Positions 56,170 through 64,000 of a stretch of DNA of 64,000 bases are shown here, in pieces. The notes beneath the pieces are model-generated. The model did not search any database. It was given only the letters and a program-made list of their open reading frames with translations, and had not been told where the DNA came from. Positions within the stretch are counted from its first letter, which is position 1. Each line of letters opens with the position of its first letter. The position numbers were made by a program, and so were the translations under genes. The DNA comes from Gemmatimonadaceae bacterium. Lineage in GTDB: Bacteria; Gemmatimonadota; Gemmatimonadetes; Gemmatimonadales; Gemmatimonadaceae. The stretch is taken from assembly GCA_033763905.1 (NCBI GenBank), contig JANRJP010000009.1:31901-95900 (forward strand), read 5' to 3'.

Positions 56170-56712
56170 TTATGTCGTCGGGGTTCGTCCCGGGCGGGTC
56201 GGCAACAGCGTCACCACGGTCAAAAAGACGACCGCGAGCACCGCGGCGACCATCAGCGGATTCGCACCGAGCAGTTCCGCGATCGTGATCTTGCCGAAGT
56301 TGAGCGGCTTGATAAGGAGCGGCTCGACGATCGGCCACACGAGGGTGAAGACGAACGCGCCGAGGACGCCGCCAGCGATGGCGGCCCACGCGTCCTTCCG
56401 GCCTTCTCCGATGCCCACGACGCAGGTGCCCGGACAATAGCCACCGAGCGCGAAGCCGACCCCGAAGATCGCGCCACCCAGTGCGACGCCGAGCACGTAC
56501 GTCGGCTTGATGTCGAAGTGCATCGCGGCGCCTCCGGCCTGCAGGACGTACGACAGGATCGAGCTGATCGCGATCGTCGTCGCCATGAACTTGATGACGC
56601 TCAGGTCCTTGAGACGCAGGTTGCGCAGGATCACCGCGGGGGATGAGGCGCCGACGCGTTGAATGAAGGCCCCCATCGCGACGCCTACGAGCAGTCCGTA
56701 CAGCAGCGTCAT
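56170..56712 (-). CDS. YeeE/YedE sulfur-compound transporter family protein
   Basis: Hydrophobic; 'GGAIFGVGFALGGYCPGT'. Confidence 0.88.
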   Translation of the reverse strand: MTLLYGLLVGVAMGAFIQRVGASSPAVILRNLRLKDLSVIKFMATTIAISSILSYVLQAGGAAMHFDIKPTYVLGVALGGAIFGVGFALGGYCPGTCVVGIGEGRKDAWAAIAGGVLGAFVFTLVWPIVEPLLIKPLNFGKITIAELLGANPLMVAAVLAVVFLTVVTLLPTRPGRTPTT

Positions 56713-56715
56713 CGG

Positions 56716-57255
56716 TCAGGCCCTCGCGCGGAGCAGTTTGGCGGTGAGCATCCCCGCCCCGAACACGGCGGCAGCGAAGATGAAGGAACTGGCGGCCAGC
56801 TGACTGATGCCGGAAATGATGTGGCCGCTGGTGCAGCCCCCAGCGAGCCGGGCGCCGAAGAGAATGAGAAAGCCGCCCGCGAACGCGGTGAGATACCGCG
56901 TGCCGGTGCGGTGTTCCGCCGCGTGGACGATCTCGACGGCTGGGGGCGGCGCCGAGCGCGAGAGGCGCCGGGCGAGAAAACCGCCGAGGAGCAGGCCGAC
57001 GACGAGCAGCGACTCGGGGGTGACGACCGAACCCATCTTGACGAGATACGGCGCGCCGGCCGCCCAGTCGGGCGCGACCGCACGCGCGACGGCGCCGACG
57101 GCTCTGGGGTAGGTGCCACTGACGCCGATCGGCCCGAAGGCGAGGACCGACAGCGCACTGGTCACACCAAAGAGCACGCCGAGCGAAGCCCACGGCGGGA
57201 TCCGGCGTGGGGACGAGACCGCGGGAGCGTGGGACGCGACGGCGGAGGAGGCCAT
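56716..57255 (-). CDS. YeeE/YedE sulfur-compound transporter family protein
   Basis: 'PIGVSGTY' and 'GGFLILFGARLAGGCTSGHIISG'. Confidence 0.88.
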   Translation of the reverse strand: MASSAVASHAPAVSSPRRIPPWASLGVLFGVTSALSVLAFGPIGVSGTYPRAVGAVARAVAPDWAAGAPYLVKMGSVVTPESLLVVGLLLGGFLARRLSRSAPPPAVEIVHAAEHRTGTRYLTAFAGGFLILFGARLAGGCTSGHIISGISQLAASSFIFAAAVFGAGMLTAKLLRARA

Positions 57256-57425
57256 ACGGAACCTCGGAACGAGGGGACGGGCAAAGGAAGAACGATAAAA
57301 TAGTACTGAATGGTTATGTGGAGATGCAATAGTCTGAGTGTGGGCATTGCGCCGTGCCGGTCCTGCACGTATCGTCGCAACGCATATATGCCGCTGCGGC
57401 AATACAGTTTCTGTGAGGAGCGCTG
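57256..57425. promoter_or_regulatory. AT-rich divergent promoter region between yeeE/yedE and tsdA
   Basis: Local drop in GC; perfect palindrome GCATATATGC at 57382-57391; GAGGAG ribosome-binding site before the tsdA ATG. Confidence 0.5.
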
Positions 57426-58415
57426 ATGTTTCGTCCCTTCGGTGACGTGATCCCGTCGTCCGTGGCACCGCGCCGGACGGCTGTGCTGGTGCTGGCGCTC
57501 GTGATCGCGGGATGCGAACGACCCGCCGTGGACGCGCCGGCCGCGGCGACGACGCCGGCGACGAAGGCCGCCTTTTCGTGGGAGGCGTGGACGCCTCCGG
57601 CGCTGGCGGAGGTGCCCGATGATTCGCTCGGGCGCTCGATTCGTCGCGGGCTCGCGCTCCTGCAACACACGACGGATTCGCTGCCGGCCTATGCGCACTC
57701 GAACCTGCAGTGCACCAGCTGCCACCTGAACGAAGGCCGTGAGGACAAGGCGGCGCCGCTGACCGGCACCTTCGCGCGATTCCCCAAGTACATGCCGCGC
57801 ACCGGTGCCGTCATCACGGTGGAGGATCGCGTCAACTACTGCTTTACGCGCTCGCTCGCGGGCAATCGCATCCCGACGAACAGCCGCGAGATGACCGACA
57901 TCGTCAACTATCTCGCGTTTCTGTCGCGCGGCGTGCCGGTTGGCACCAAAGCGGCGGTCGACGGCCTGATCCCGATGCCCAATCCGCTCACCGGCGATCC
58001 CGCGCGCGGCGAGGCCCTGTTCCGCGAGAAGTGCGTGGCGTGCCACGGTCAGGATGGCGGCGGCGCGCCGGCGATTCCGGCACTGTGGGGACCGAAGTCC
58101 TTCTCGATCGGGGCGTCGATGGCGCGGGAGGAACGCGCCGCCAGCTTCATCTGGCGCAATATGCCGCTCGGCCAGGGCGGCACGCTGACCGAACAGCAGG
58201 CCTTCGACGTGGCAGCGTTTATGGTCCGGCAGCCGCGGCCCGATTCGCCGAACAAGGAGCAGGACTGGCCCGGCGGCGGCGCGCCCAAGGATGTGCCGTA
58301 TCGCACCGATGGGCACGAGCCCTACGTGTCGCCGCGCCTGCTGCCCCGCCGAAACGTCGCACTCTCGGATGTCCCGAAGCCGCCGCGTACGCCGGCGACC
58401 CCCGGTGCGCGCTGA
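57426..58415 (+). CDS. tsdA: Diheme cytochrome c, thiosulfate dehydrogenase/tetrathionate reductase family (lipoprotein)
   Basis: Lipobox 'IAGC'; CTSCH; catalytic-Cys motif 'EDRVNYCFTRSLAG'; CVACH; 'PALWGPKSFSIGASM'; 'NMP'. Confidence 0.85.
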   Translation: MFRPFGDVIPSSVAPRRTAVLVLALVIAGCERPAVDAPAAATTPATKAAFSWEAWTPPALAEVPDDSLGRSIRRGLALLQHTTDSLPAYAHSNLQCTSCHLNEGREDKAAPLTGTFARFPKYMPRTGAVITVEDRVNYCFTRSLAGNRIPTNSREMTDIVNYLAFLSRGVPVGTKAAVDGLIPMPNPLTGDPARGEALFREKCVACHGQDGGGAPAIPALWGPKSFSIGASMAREERAASFIWRNMPLGQGGTLTEQQAFDVAAFMVRQPRPDSPNKEQDWPGGGAPKDVPYRTDGHEPYVSPRLLPRRNVALSDVPKPPRTPATPGAR

Positions 58416-58424
58416 GATCGCGCC

Positions 58425-59675
58425 GTGACCTCTCGGCGTACGCTGCTCAAGGGCGCCGCGGGCGCTGCGGCCGGCCTTGTCGCTGCTCGGCTCGCCGAAG
58501 CGCTGCCCACCGCTCCGCAGGACTCGGCTGCGGTCACCCGACCGCTCGTCCCCGAGGATCCCACGGCGGTCACCGGCGCGCCGACGAGCGCGGTCGGCAG
58601 CCGTTCGCCCTTCGTGGAAGTGGCGCGGACACCCACGGGACTGACCGAAGGGACGAGCAAGACGCCACTCGAGCGTCTGAGCGGGACGATCACGCCCAGT
58701 GATCTCGCTTTCGAGCGGCATCACGCCGGCATTCCCGCGATTGATCCGGCCCGCCACCGACTGGTGGTGCACGGTCGCGTGGCGCGGCCGACCGAGTTCA
58801 CGCTCGACGATCTGCAGCGATTCCCGCACGTCGTGCGTCCGCACTTCATCGAGTGCGCCGGCAATGGTCGCGCGGCATTTCGCGATCCGAAGCCGACGAT
58901 GACGCCGCAGCAGATCGACGGACAGCTCCTGAATTGCGAGTGGACCGGTGTCCGCCTGCGGGATGTGCTCGCGGAAGTCGGGATGGATCCCGCCGCCTCG
59001 TGGATGCTCGCGGAGGGCGGTGACGCGTGCCGTCTCGCCCGAAGCGTCCCCGTCTGGAAGGCGCTCGACGATGCGCTGCTCGTCTGGGGACAGAATGGCG
59101 AACCGCTCCGGCCCGAGGCGGGGTACCCGCTGCGGCTGCTCGTGCCCGGCTGGGAAGGCAACATCAACGTGAAGTGGCTGCGCCGGCTCGAACTCGGCAG
59201 CGCGCCGTGGATGACCCGCTGGGAGACGTCGAAGTACACGGACCCAGTGCTGGGAGACGTCGCGCGACAATTCACGTTCGAGCAGGATGTGAAAAGCATC
59301 ATCACCGCGCCGTCGCACCCCGCGACACTCTCGCCGGGGCCCCTGACGATTAGCGGTCTCGCGTGGAGTGGACGCGGCACCATCACGAGGGTCGAGGTCT
59401 CCACCGATGGCGGCCGCAGCTGGCGCGAGGCGGAACTGGTCGGGCGTGAGCACCCCAAGGCGGTTGCGCGGTTTCTGCTGCCGTGGCGTTGGGATGGCGC
59501 ATCCACGGTCCTCGTCAGTCGCGCACACGACAGCAGTGGCGACACGCAGCCTGATCGGCGGGCGCTGCGCGCGGCACGCGGCGCGGGGACGGACTACCAC
59601 TTCAACGAGTTGCGCGCGTGGCGCATTGCGGCGAGCGGTGCCGTCACCTTCGCCAACGCGGAGCTGTGGTCGTGA
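58425..59675 (+). CDS. soxC: Molybdopterin sulfite/sulfane dehydrogenase subunit, Tat-exported
   Basis: Tat 'SRRTLLK'; 'GTITPSDLAFERHHAG', 'FIECAGNG', 'QNGEPLRPEAGYPLRL...PGWEGNINVKWL' and 'ETSKYTD'. Confidence 0.9.
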   Translation: MTSRRTLLKGAAGAAAGLVAARLAEALPTAPQDSAAVTRPLVPEDPTAVTGAPTSAVGSRSPFVEVARTPTGLTEGTSKTPLERLSGTITPSDLAFERHHAGIPAIDPARHRLVVHGRVARPTEFTLDDLQRFPHVVRPHFIECAGNGRAAFRDPKPTMTPQQIDGQLLNCEWTGVRLRDVLAEVGMDPAASWMLAEGGDACRLARSVPVWKALDDALLVWGQNGEPLRPEAGYPLRLLVPGWEGNINVKWLRRLELGSAPWMTRWETSKYTDPVLGDVARQFTFEQDVKSIITAPSHPATLSPGPLTISGLAWSGRGTITRVEVSTDGGRSWREAELVGREHPKAVARFLLPWRWDGASTVLVSRAHDSSGDTQPDRRALRAARGAGTDYHFNELRAWRIAASGAVTFANAELWS

Positions 59676-60301
59676 GGCGCGCCGGTCGCGGGATCTGCGT
59701 CGCGACGCTGATGCTGGTCGCGGGCTGTACCTCGCGGAGTCCCGCCGAACGCAGCGACGTGCCCGCCTCGCGAGATCCAGCGGCGGCAACGGCAGCACTG
59801 CCCGCGACGTGGGCGCGCCTCGGCGTCGGTCGTCCCGTCGATGCGGCGCGGCTCGCGGCGTGGGATGTCGATGTCGATACCCTTGGCGCGGGACTGCCTC
59901 GGGGGCGTGGGACCGTGGTCGAGGGCGCGCGGCTCTATGCCGCCAAGTGCGCCGCCTGCCACGGAAGCACCGGCGAAGGTCTGCCGCCCGTGTACCCAAG
60001 ACTGGTCGGACGCGTGCCGCGCGATGGATTCGGCTTTGCCGCCGACCCCTCGCTCGAGCGCACGATCGGGAATTACTGGCCGTACGCCACCACGCTGTAC
60101 GATTACATCCGTCGCGCGATGCCATACGGTGCGCCGGGCACGCTGTCGGCTGACGAGACCTACGCCGTCACGGCCCATCTGCTCGCAGCCAACGGTATCA
60201 TTGCCGCGGATGCGTCACTGGATTCGGCGTCACTGGTTGCGGTGCGGATGCCGGCGCACGGGCGATTCGTCGCTGACGCCCGCGCGCCGGGACAGCCGTA
60301 G
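59672..60301 (+). CDS. soxD: SoxD-like monoheme cytochrome c
   Basis: 'WDVDV...GLPRGRG...CAACHG...TIGNYWPYATTLYDYIRRAMP'; GTGA overlap with soxC. Confidence 0.85.
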   Translation: MRRAGRGICVATLMLVAGCTSRSPAERSDVPASRDPAAATAALPATWARLGVGRPVDAARLAAWDVDVDTLGAGLPRGRGTVVEGARLYAAKCAACHGSTGEGLPPVYPRLVGRVPRDGFGFAADPSLERTIGNYWPYATTLYDYIRRAMPYGAPGTLSADETYAVTAHLLAANGIIAADASLDSASLVAVRMPAHGRFVADARAPGQP

Positions 60302-60306
60302 CCCGC

Positions 60307-61200
60307 TCAGCGGACGGACACGAGAGCGGGCGCCGTCCGCTGATAGCGCAGCTCTCCCGACGCGACATCCAACGCCATCGGCAGTAGCGCATAGTTGCCG
60401 GCGGTGAATGTCAGCGGCATCCACACGGCCGCGCCTTGCGCAAGCGGCGTTGTGCCGCCCACGAGCTCGAAGGGCGCCGTGCCTGAGGAGCCGCCCTCGA
60501 TCCACGCGGCGATGTCCGCCGCCGTCTTGCCCTCTTGCAGGCGCGCGAGTCGAAACCCACGCGGCTGCGGCGCTTCGCTGTAGACCGCGAGCAAATGCGT
60601 GCCTGGGGTCACCGTCGCGGGCGCAACGATCTCGCGCCCCGTGATCCGAACGGCGATGTCCCCGGTTGGTGCGCGACGCGCGGCGCCCTTGGTCACCGTC
60701 AGGGGCAGAAACATCCCCTTGGCGAGGTGCGTCGTGCCCGACTCGCGCGACGGCAGCAAACAGGCGAGCGCGTAGCGGCCGGGTGGCAGCTCCACGGTGA
60801 GTCGGCTCTCTTGCCCGGGCTCCGGAGACTCCGGGCCACCGAGGCCGGTTGCCCATTCCGGGAGGGGACGTCCGGGGCCAAGCGACCGCATAAAGTCGGA
60901 GAAGGCATAGCCCTCGTCGATCTTCACGATCCAGATGTGGTGGAAGTCCTTGCCCTTGTTCACCAGGCGGAACGTCACCACGCCACCGGGAATCGGATTC
61001 GGCGCTTCGTAGAAGTGATCGTTCGCCGTGATCGTGATGACGCCAGTCGACGGGGGCGCCGGGCGACTCGCTGCGGGACGCCGCGTCGGTGGTTGCTGCG
61101 CTGACGCGTCCCGGGGCGAGGCTGCGGCCGCGATTCCGAAGGAGCACAACGCGGACACTTCGAAGACCGAACGGGCGAGTGCGGACGTCCGATGGCGCAT
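60307..61200 (-). CDS. Secreted protein with a cupredoxin-like domain (putative type-1 Cu site)
   Basis: Signal peptide; 'LVNKGKDFHH...PGRYALACLLP...THLAKGM' gives H...C-x10-H-x4-M. The second repeat lacks these ligands. Confidence 0.55.
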   Translation of the reverse strand: MRHRTSALARSVFEVSALCSFGIAAAASPRDASAQQPPTRRPAASRPAPPSTGVITITANDHFYEAPNPIPGGVVTFRLVNKGKDFHHIWIVKIDEGYAFSDFMRSLGPGRPLPEWATGLGGPESPEPGQESRLTVELPPGRYALACLLPSRESGTTHLAKGMFLPLTVTKGAARRAPTGDIAVRITGREIVAPATVTPGTHLLAVYSEAPQPRGFRLARLQEGKTAADIAAWIEGGSSGTAPFELVGGTTPLAQGAAVWMPLTFTAGNYALLPMALDVASGELRYQRTAPALVSVR

Positions 61201-61293
61201 ACGACCTCAGCGGCAGGGGTGTCCTGACAGTCGGGGGTGGGGCGCCGTCCGTCAATGGCCGCGTGACGCGCGATCCCCTGCCATATTGGACAG

Positions 61294-61899
61294 ATGTCGA
61301 GCCACTCCACCGCCGATCTCGCGCACCCGGTGCTCGCCCGGGTCGGAAGCGCGCTCGCGGACTACACCGCGTCGCTGGCCGAAGCGGAGGCGACGGTCCG
61401 TCGCGCCGCCGTCGCCGTGGTCCTGCGTCCGGCCGTGGACGATGTGGAACTGCTGCTCATCCAACGCGCCGAGTACGCCGGTGATCCCTGGAGCGGGCAA
61501 ATCGCCCTGCCCGGGGGCCGCGCGAATCCGGACGATGCCTCGCTCGTGCACACGGCGATGCGCGAAACGCTGGAAGAAACGGCACTCGATCTCGCCGCGA
61601 GCGGCCGGCTGCTCGGCACGCTGGACGAGCTGTATCCGCGTACGCCCGTGCTGCCGCCGATCGTCGTGCGGCCACACGTCTTCGCCTACACCGGGGACGC
61701 GCCCCTCGCGCCAAGCGCGGAGGTTGCCCGGGCCTTCTGGGTTCCGCTGCGGACCCTGCGCAACCCCGCCACCACGCAGGAGTCGCGGATCCGCGTCCGC
61801 GAGGCGTGGTGGCGTGTCCCGAGCTTCGTGGTGGACGGCAAGGTGATCTGGGGAATGACCGAGCGGATGCTCCGTCAGTTCCTCGCGCTGTCGGCCTGA
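61294..61899 (+). CDS. Nudix hydrolase, CoA pyrophosphatase (NudL-like)
   Basis: 'WSGQIALPGGR...AMRETLEE' and 'IWGMTERML'. Confidence 0.9.
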   Translation: MSSHSTADLAHPVLARVGSALADYTASLAEAEATVRRAAVAVVLRPAVDDVELLLIQRAEYAGDPWSGQIALPGGRANPDDASLVHTAMRETLEETALDLAASGRLLGTLDELYPRTPVLPPIVVRPHVFAYTGDAPLAPSAEVARAFWVPLRTLRNPATTQESRIRVREAWWRVPSFVVDGKVIWGMTERMLRQFLALSA

Positions 61900-61909
61900 G
61901 GCCCCGGCC

Positions 61910-64000
61910 TCACGGCTGGAACCAGTAGGTTGCTTTCACCAGGAACACGTTGCGCATCGGGTCGGTGAACACCCGTCGAGCGTCGTCGCCGAGCGCCAGT
62001 CGCGCGACCTGATCGAAGCCCTCGCGCTGCTGCTGCCAGACGAAGAAGATCGTGCAGCCGGGCCGGTACTCCCAGCGCACGACCGCATTGCCGCGGAGGG
62101 CGCGCACGGTGAAATCCTGCTCGGCGAACGAGAACGACGGTGCCGGCCCAGCCCCATCGGGATCGACCGTCACCGACGTCCCGTTGCGCACGAGCGGCGT
62201 ATAGGGTCGGAACGTGAAGGTGCCGGGCGTGCCGAACTCCTTGTAGGTGTCATACTTGCCGGCCGCAACGAACGGTTGCGCGACCACCTGCAGGGACAGA
62301 TACGGCGTAAAGGTCCAGTCGGCGCGAATCTCGGTCGACAGCTCCGTCTGACGGATGTCGGCGAAGACGTAACGCCGTCGATCGGCGAGCGGCGAGGTGG
62401 CATCCGTTACGGTGGTGACGTACTGGTCCGTATCGAACTGCCAACGATACGACGGGCCAACCCGCAGTCGCACCGCCGGCGTCGGCCGCAGATCAGCCGA
62501 TAGCCCGATCACGCGGTCGTACTCCCCCGACACGTCATTGCGGTTCTCGACGCGCAAGCCGCCCACGATCGACTTGCGCTCGTCGCTCGACAGCTCGAGC
62601 GAGGTGCGCCACTGCTCGACCGCGCGGGAGAGATACCCGCCGCGCAGCAGACGGTCGTTGTACACCGTCGGCGACCAGCTGCCTTGGAAATCAGCGGACC
62701 AGAAGTTGAGGAACGTCACCTGGGACGCCGCGGCGTAGCGCTCTTCGATCTTGTTGCCGCCGAAGTTGAACGAGTGGGTCGAGAACGCGCCGAAGAAGGT
62801 CTCGCGGAAGGCCCGTGTCTGCTCCGGGCTCCGCCAGATCAACGCGGTCGAGAGCGTGCGGAAATCGGCGCGTGTCTGGAAGCCCAGGTCATTGGCGTCA
62901 AACCCCGGACTGGTCTCTTCGTACGTCGCGCTGGCCAGCACGCGCCGGCCCGCGCTCTTTGCCACCGAGAGCGTACCGAAGTAGCCGCCGAGCGCCGTCG
63001 TGGTGCTGTCCACACGAACGTGTGACTGATCGGGCCGCTGGTACTGGCGCACCGGTGATCGTTGCAGCGCCGTGATGAATGCGCGATCACCCGCCACGCG
63101 GCTGCCGGCCAGAAAGCCGCTGATCGTCCACGTCCGACGCTGCCACGCGTGCTCGAAATCCGCGCCGGCCACCACCGCACTCGATGGCAACACGGGGCGA
63201 TACGCGGCGTCGTCGAGCGAACGACGGGATCCCGAGAAGAATCCGCCCACCACGGTGTTGCCTTGCCGGAAGTCCTGTCGCAGTCGCGAGACGACGTACG
63301 CGCTACCGGGTTCGATTGGTCGTGAGCCGGCGCGACCCGCGGTGTCGACGATCGGTGCAAAGACCTCGGCAGTTGCCGCCGCCAGCAACCCCACCGACAA
63401 CCCGCGCGACGTCTTGCCACTCAGCTTGAGCGCGCCGTCGATCGGCGTCTGGCGCGCCACGTCCGCGTAGGCCACGTCGCCGCCCGGCGATACGCGCGGG
63501 GCGCGGCCGATGCGTCGCGAGTAGAAAAAGGTCGTGGAGTTGTTGTCGTTGAGCGTCGTCGTGCCGCCGAAGCGGAAAATGTCGGCTCCCTCCAGAAAGA
63601 ACGGCCGTCGCTCCGGGAAGAAGACCTCGAACTGCGTGAGATTCACGACGGCGGGATCCGCTTCGACCTGCCCGAAGTCGGGGTTGATCGTCGCCGTCGC
63701 GGTGAGGCCGGCGGGAAGCCGGTAGCGCAGGTCGACGCCGCCCGCCGCTGCCGGCGCGATGGTCCGCGTGAAGGGGTCGGCCGGTTCGGCGCGTTGCGTT
63801 TCAATCTGGCCGCGCAGATACGGGATCACCTCGAGCTTGGACGGTGCCTTGAGCCCGTCCAGCCCGGTGAGGTCTCCGAACCGCGAGACGAGCCCGGGTT
63901 GATCGAGCGGCGTAGGATTCCAGTAGGCCGTTTCACCGAGCCGCGCGAGATCGCGCGCGAAGTTCACGCCCCAGCGCGGCGAGCCGCCATCGGCGGGCGG
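61910..64000 (-). CDS. DUF5916-type outer-membrane protein; 5' end lies beyond the window
   Basis: 'TINPDFGQVEADPAVVNL...FFPERRPFFLEG...FYSRRIG' and C-terminal 'RWEYRPG...FLVKATYW'. Confidence 0.8.
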   Translation of the reverse strand, partial: PPADGGSPRWGVNFARDLARLGETAYWNPTPLDQPGLVSRFGDLTGLDGLKAPSKLEVIPYLRGQIETQRAEPADPFTRTIAPAAAGGVDLRYRLPAGLTATATINPDFGQVEADPAVVNLTQFEVFFPERRPFFLEGADIFRFGGTTTLNDNNSTTFFYSRRIGRAPRVSPGGDVAYADVARQTPIDGALKLSGKTSRGLSVGLLAAATAEVFAPIVDTAGRAGSRPIEPGSAYVVSRLRQDFRQGNTVVGGFFSGSRRSLDDAAYRPVLPSSAVVAGADFEHAWQRRTWTISGFLAGSRVAGDRAFITALQRSPVRQYQRPDQSHVRVDSTTTALGGYFGTLSVAKSAGRRVLASATYEETSPGFDANDLGFQTRADFRTLSTALIWRSPEQTRAFRETFFGAFSTHSFNFGGNKIEERYAAASQVTFLNFWSADFQGSWSPTVYNDRLLRGGYLSRAVEQWRTSLELSSDERKSIVGGLRVENRNDVSGEYDRVIGLSADLRPTPAVRLRVGPSYRWQFDTDQYVTTVTDATSPLADRRRYVFADIRQTELSTEIRADWTFTPYLSLQVVAQPFVAAGKYDTYKEFGTPGTFTFRPYTPLVRNGTSVTVDPDGAGPAPSFSFAEQDFTVRALRGNAVVRWEYRPGCTIFFVWQQQREGFDQVARLALGDDARRVFTDPMRNVFLVKATYWFQP

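Overview
GC-rich (roughly 70% by eye) bacterial chromosomal segment, densely coding, with no rRNA, tRNA, CRISPR array, transposase or phage gene that I can support. The gene repertoire and protein style suggest Gemmatimonadota, probably a phototrophic Gemmatimonas-like organism (inference only). Ordinary content: uspA-like, sthA, ispH, TPR plus S41 protease, glnK-amtB, a multi-PAS hybrid kinase, CoA-transferase, msrA, GNAT, two amidases, mtgA, a GH109/nucleotidyltransferase/SSS/GHMP-kinase sugar cluster, DUF885, a TonB receptor, GGDEF, an ECF/anti-sigma/DUF4097 cluster, HAD and Nudix. Four loci stand out. (1) A photoactive yellow protein gene with intact Y42/E46/C69 lies antisense inside the imuA-imuB-dnaE2 mutasome cassette, which has a GTTC-N7-GTTC LexA-type box upstream. 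(2) A complete tetraheme reaction-centre cytochrome gene (pufC), with no pufLM nearby, heads a pufC-cupredoxin-MCP-MCP run with palindromic sites. (3) An Eco57I-type adenine methyltransferase is translationally coupled to an SNF2-like helicase with no visible nuclease. (4) A sulfur module of ArsR, two YeeE/YedE genes and tsdA-soxC-soxD lacks soxABXYZ in the window. All family calls come from motif recognition by eye; no database searches were run.
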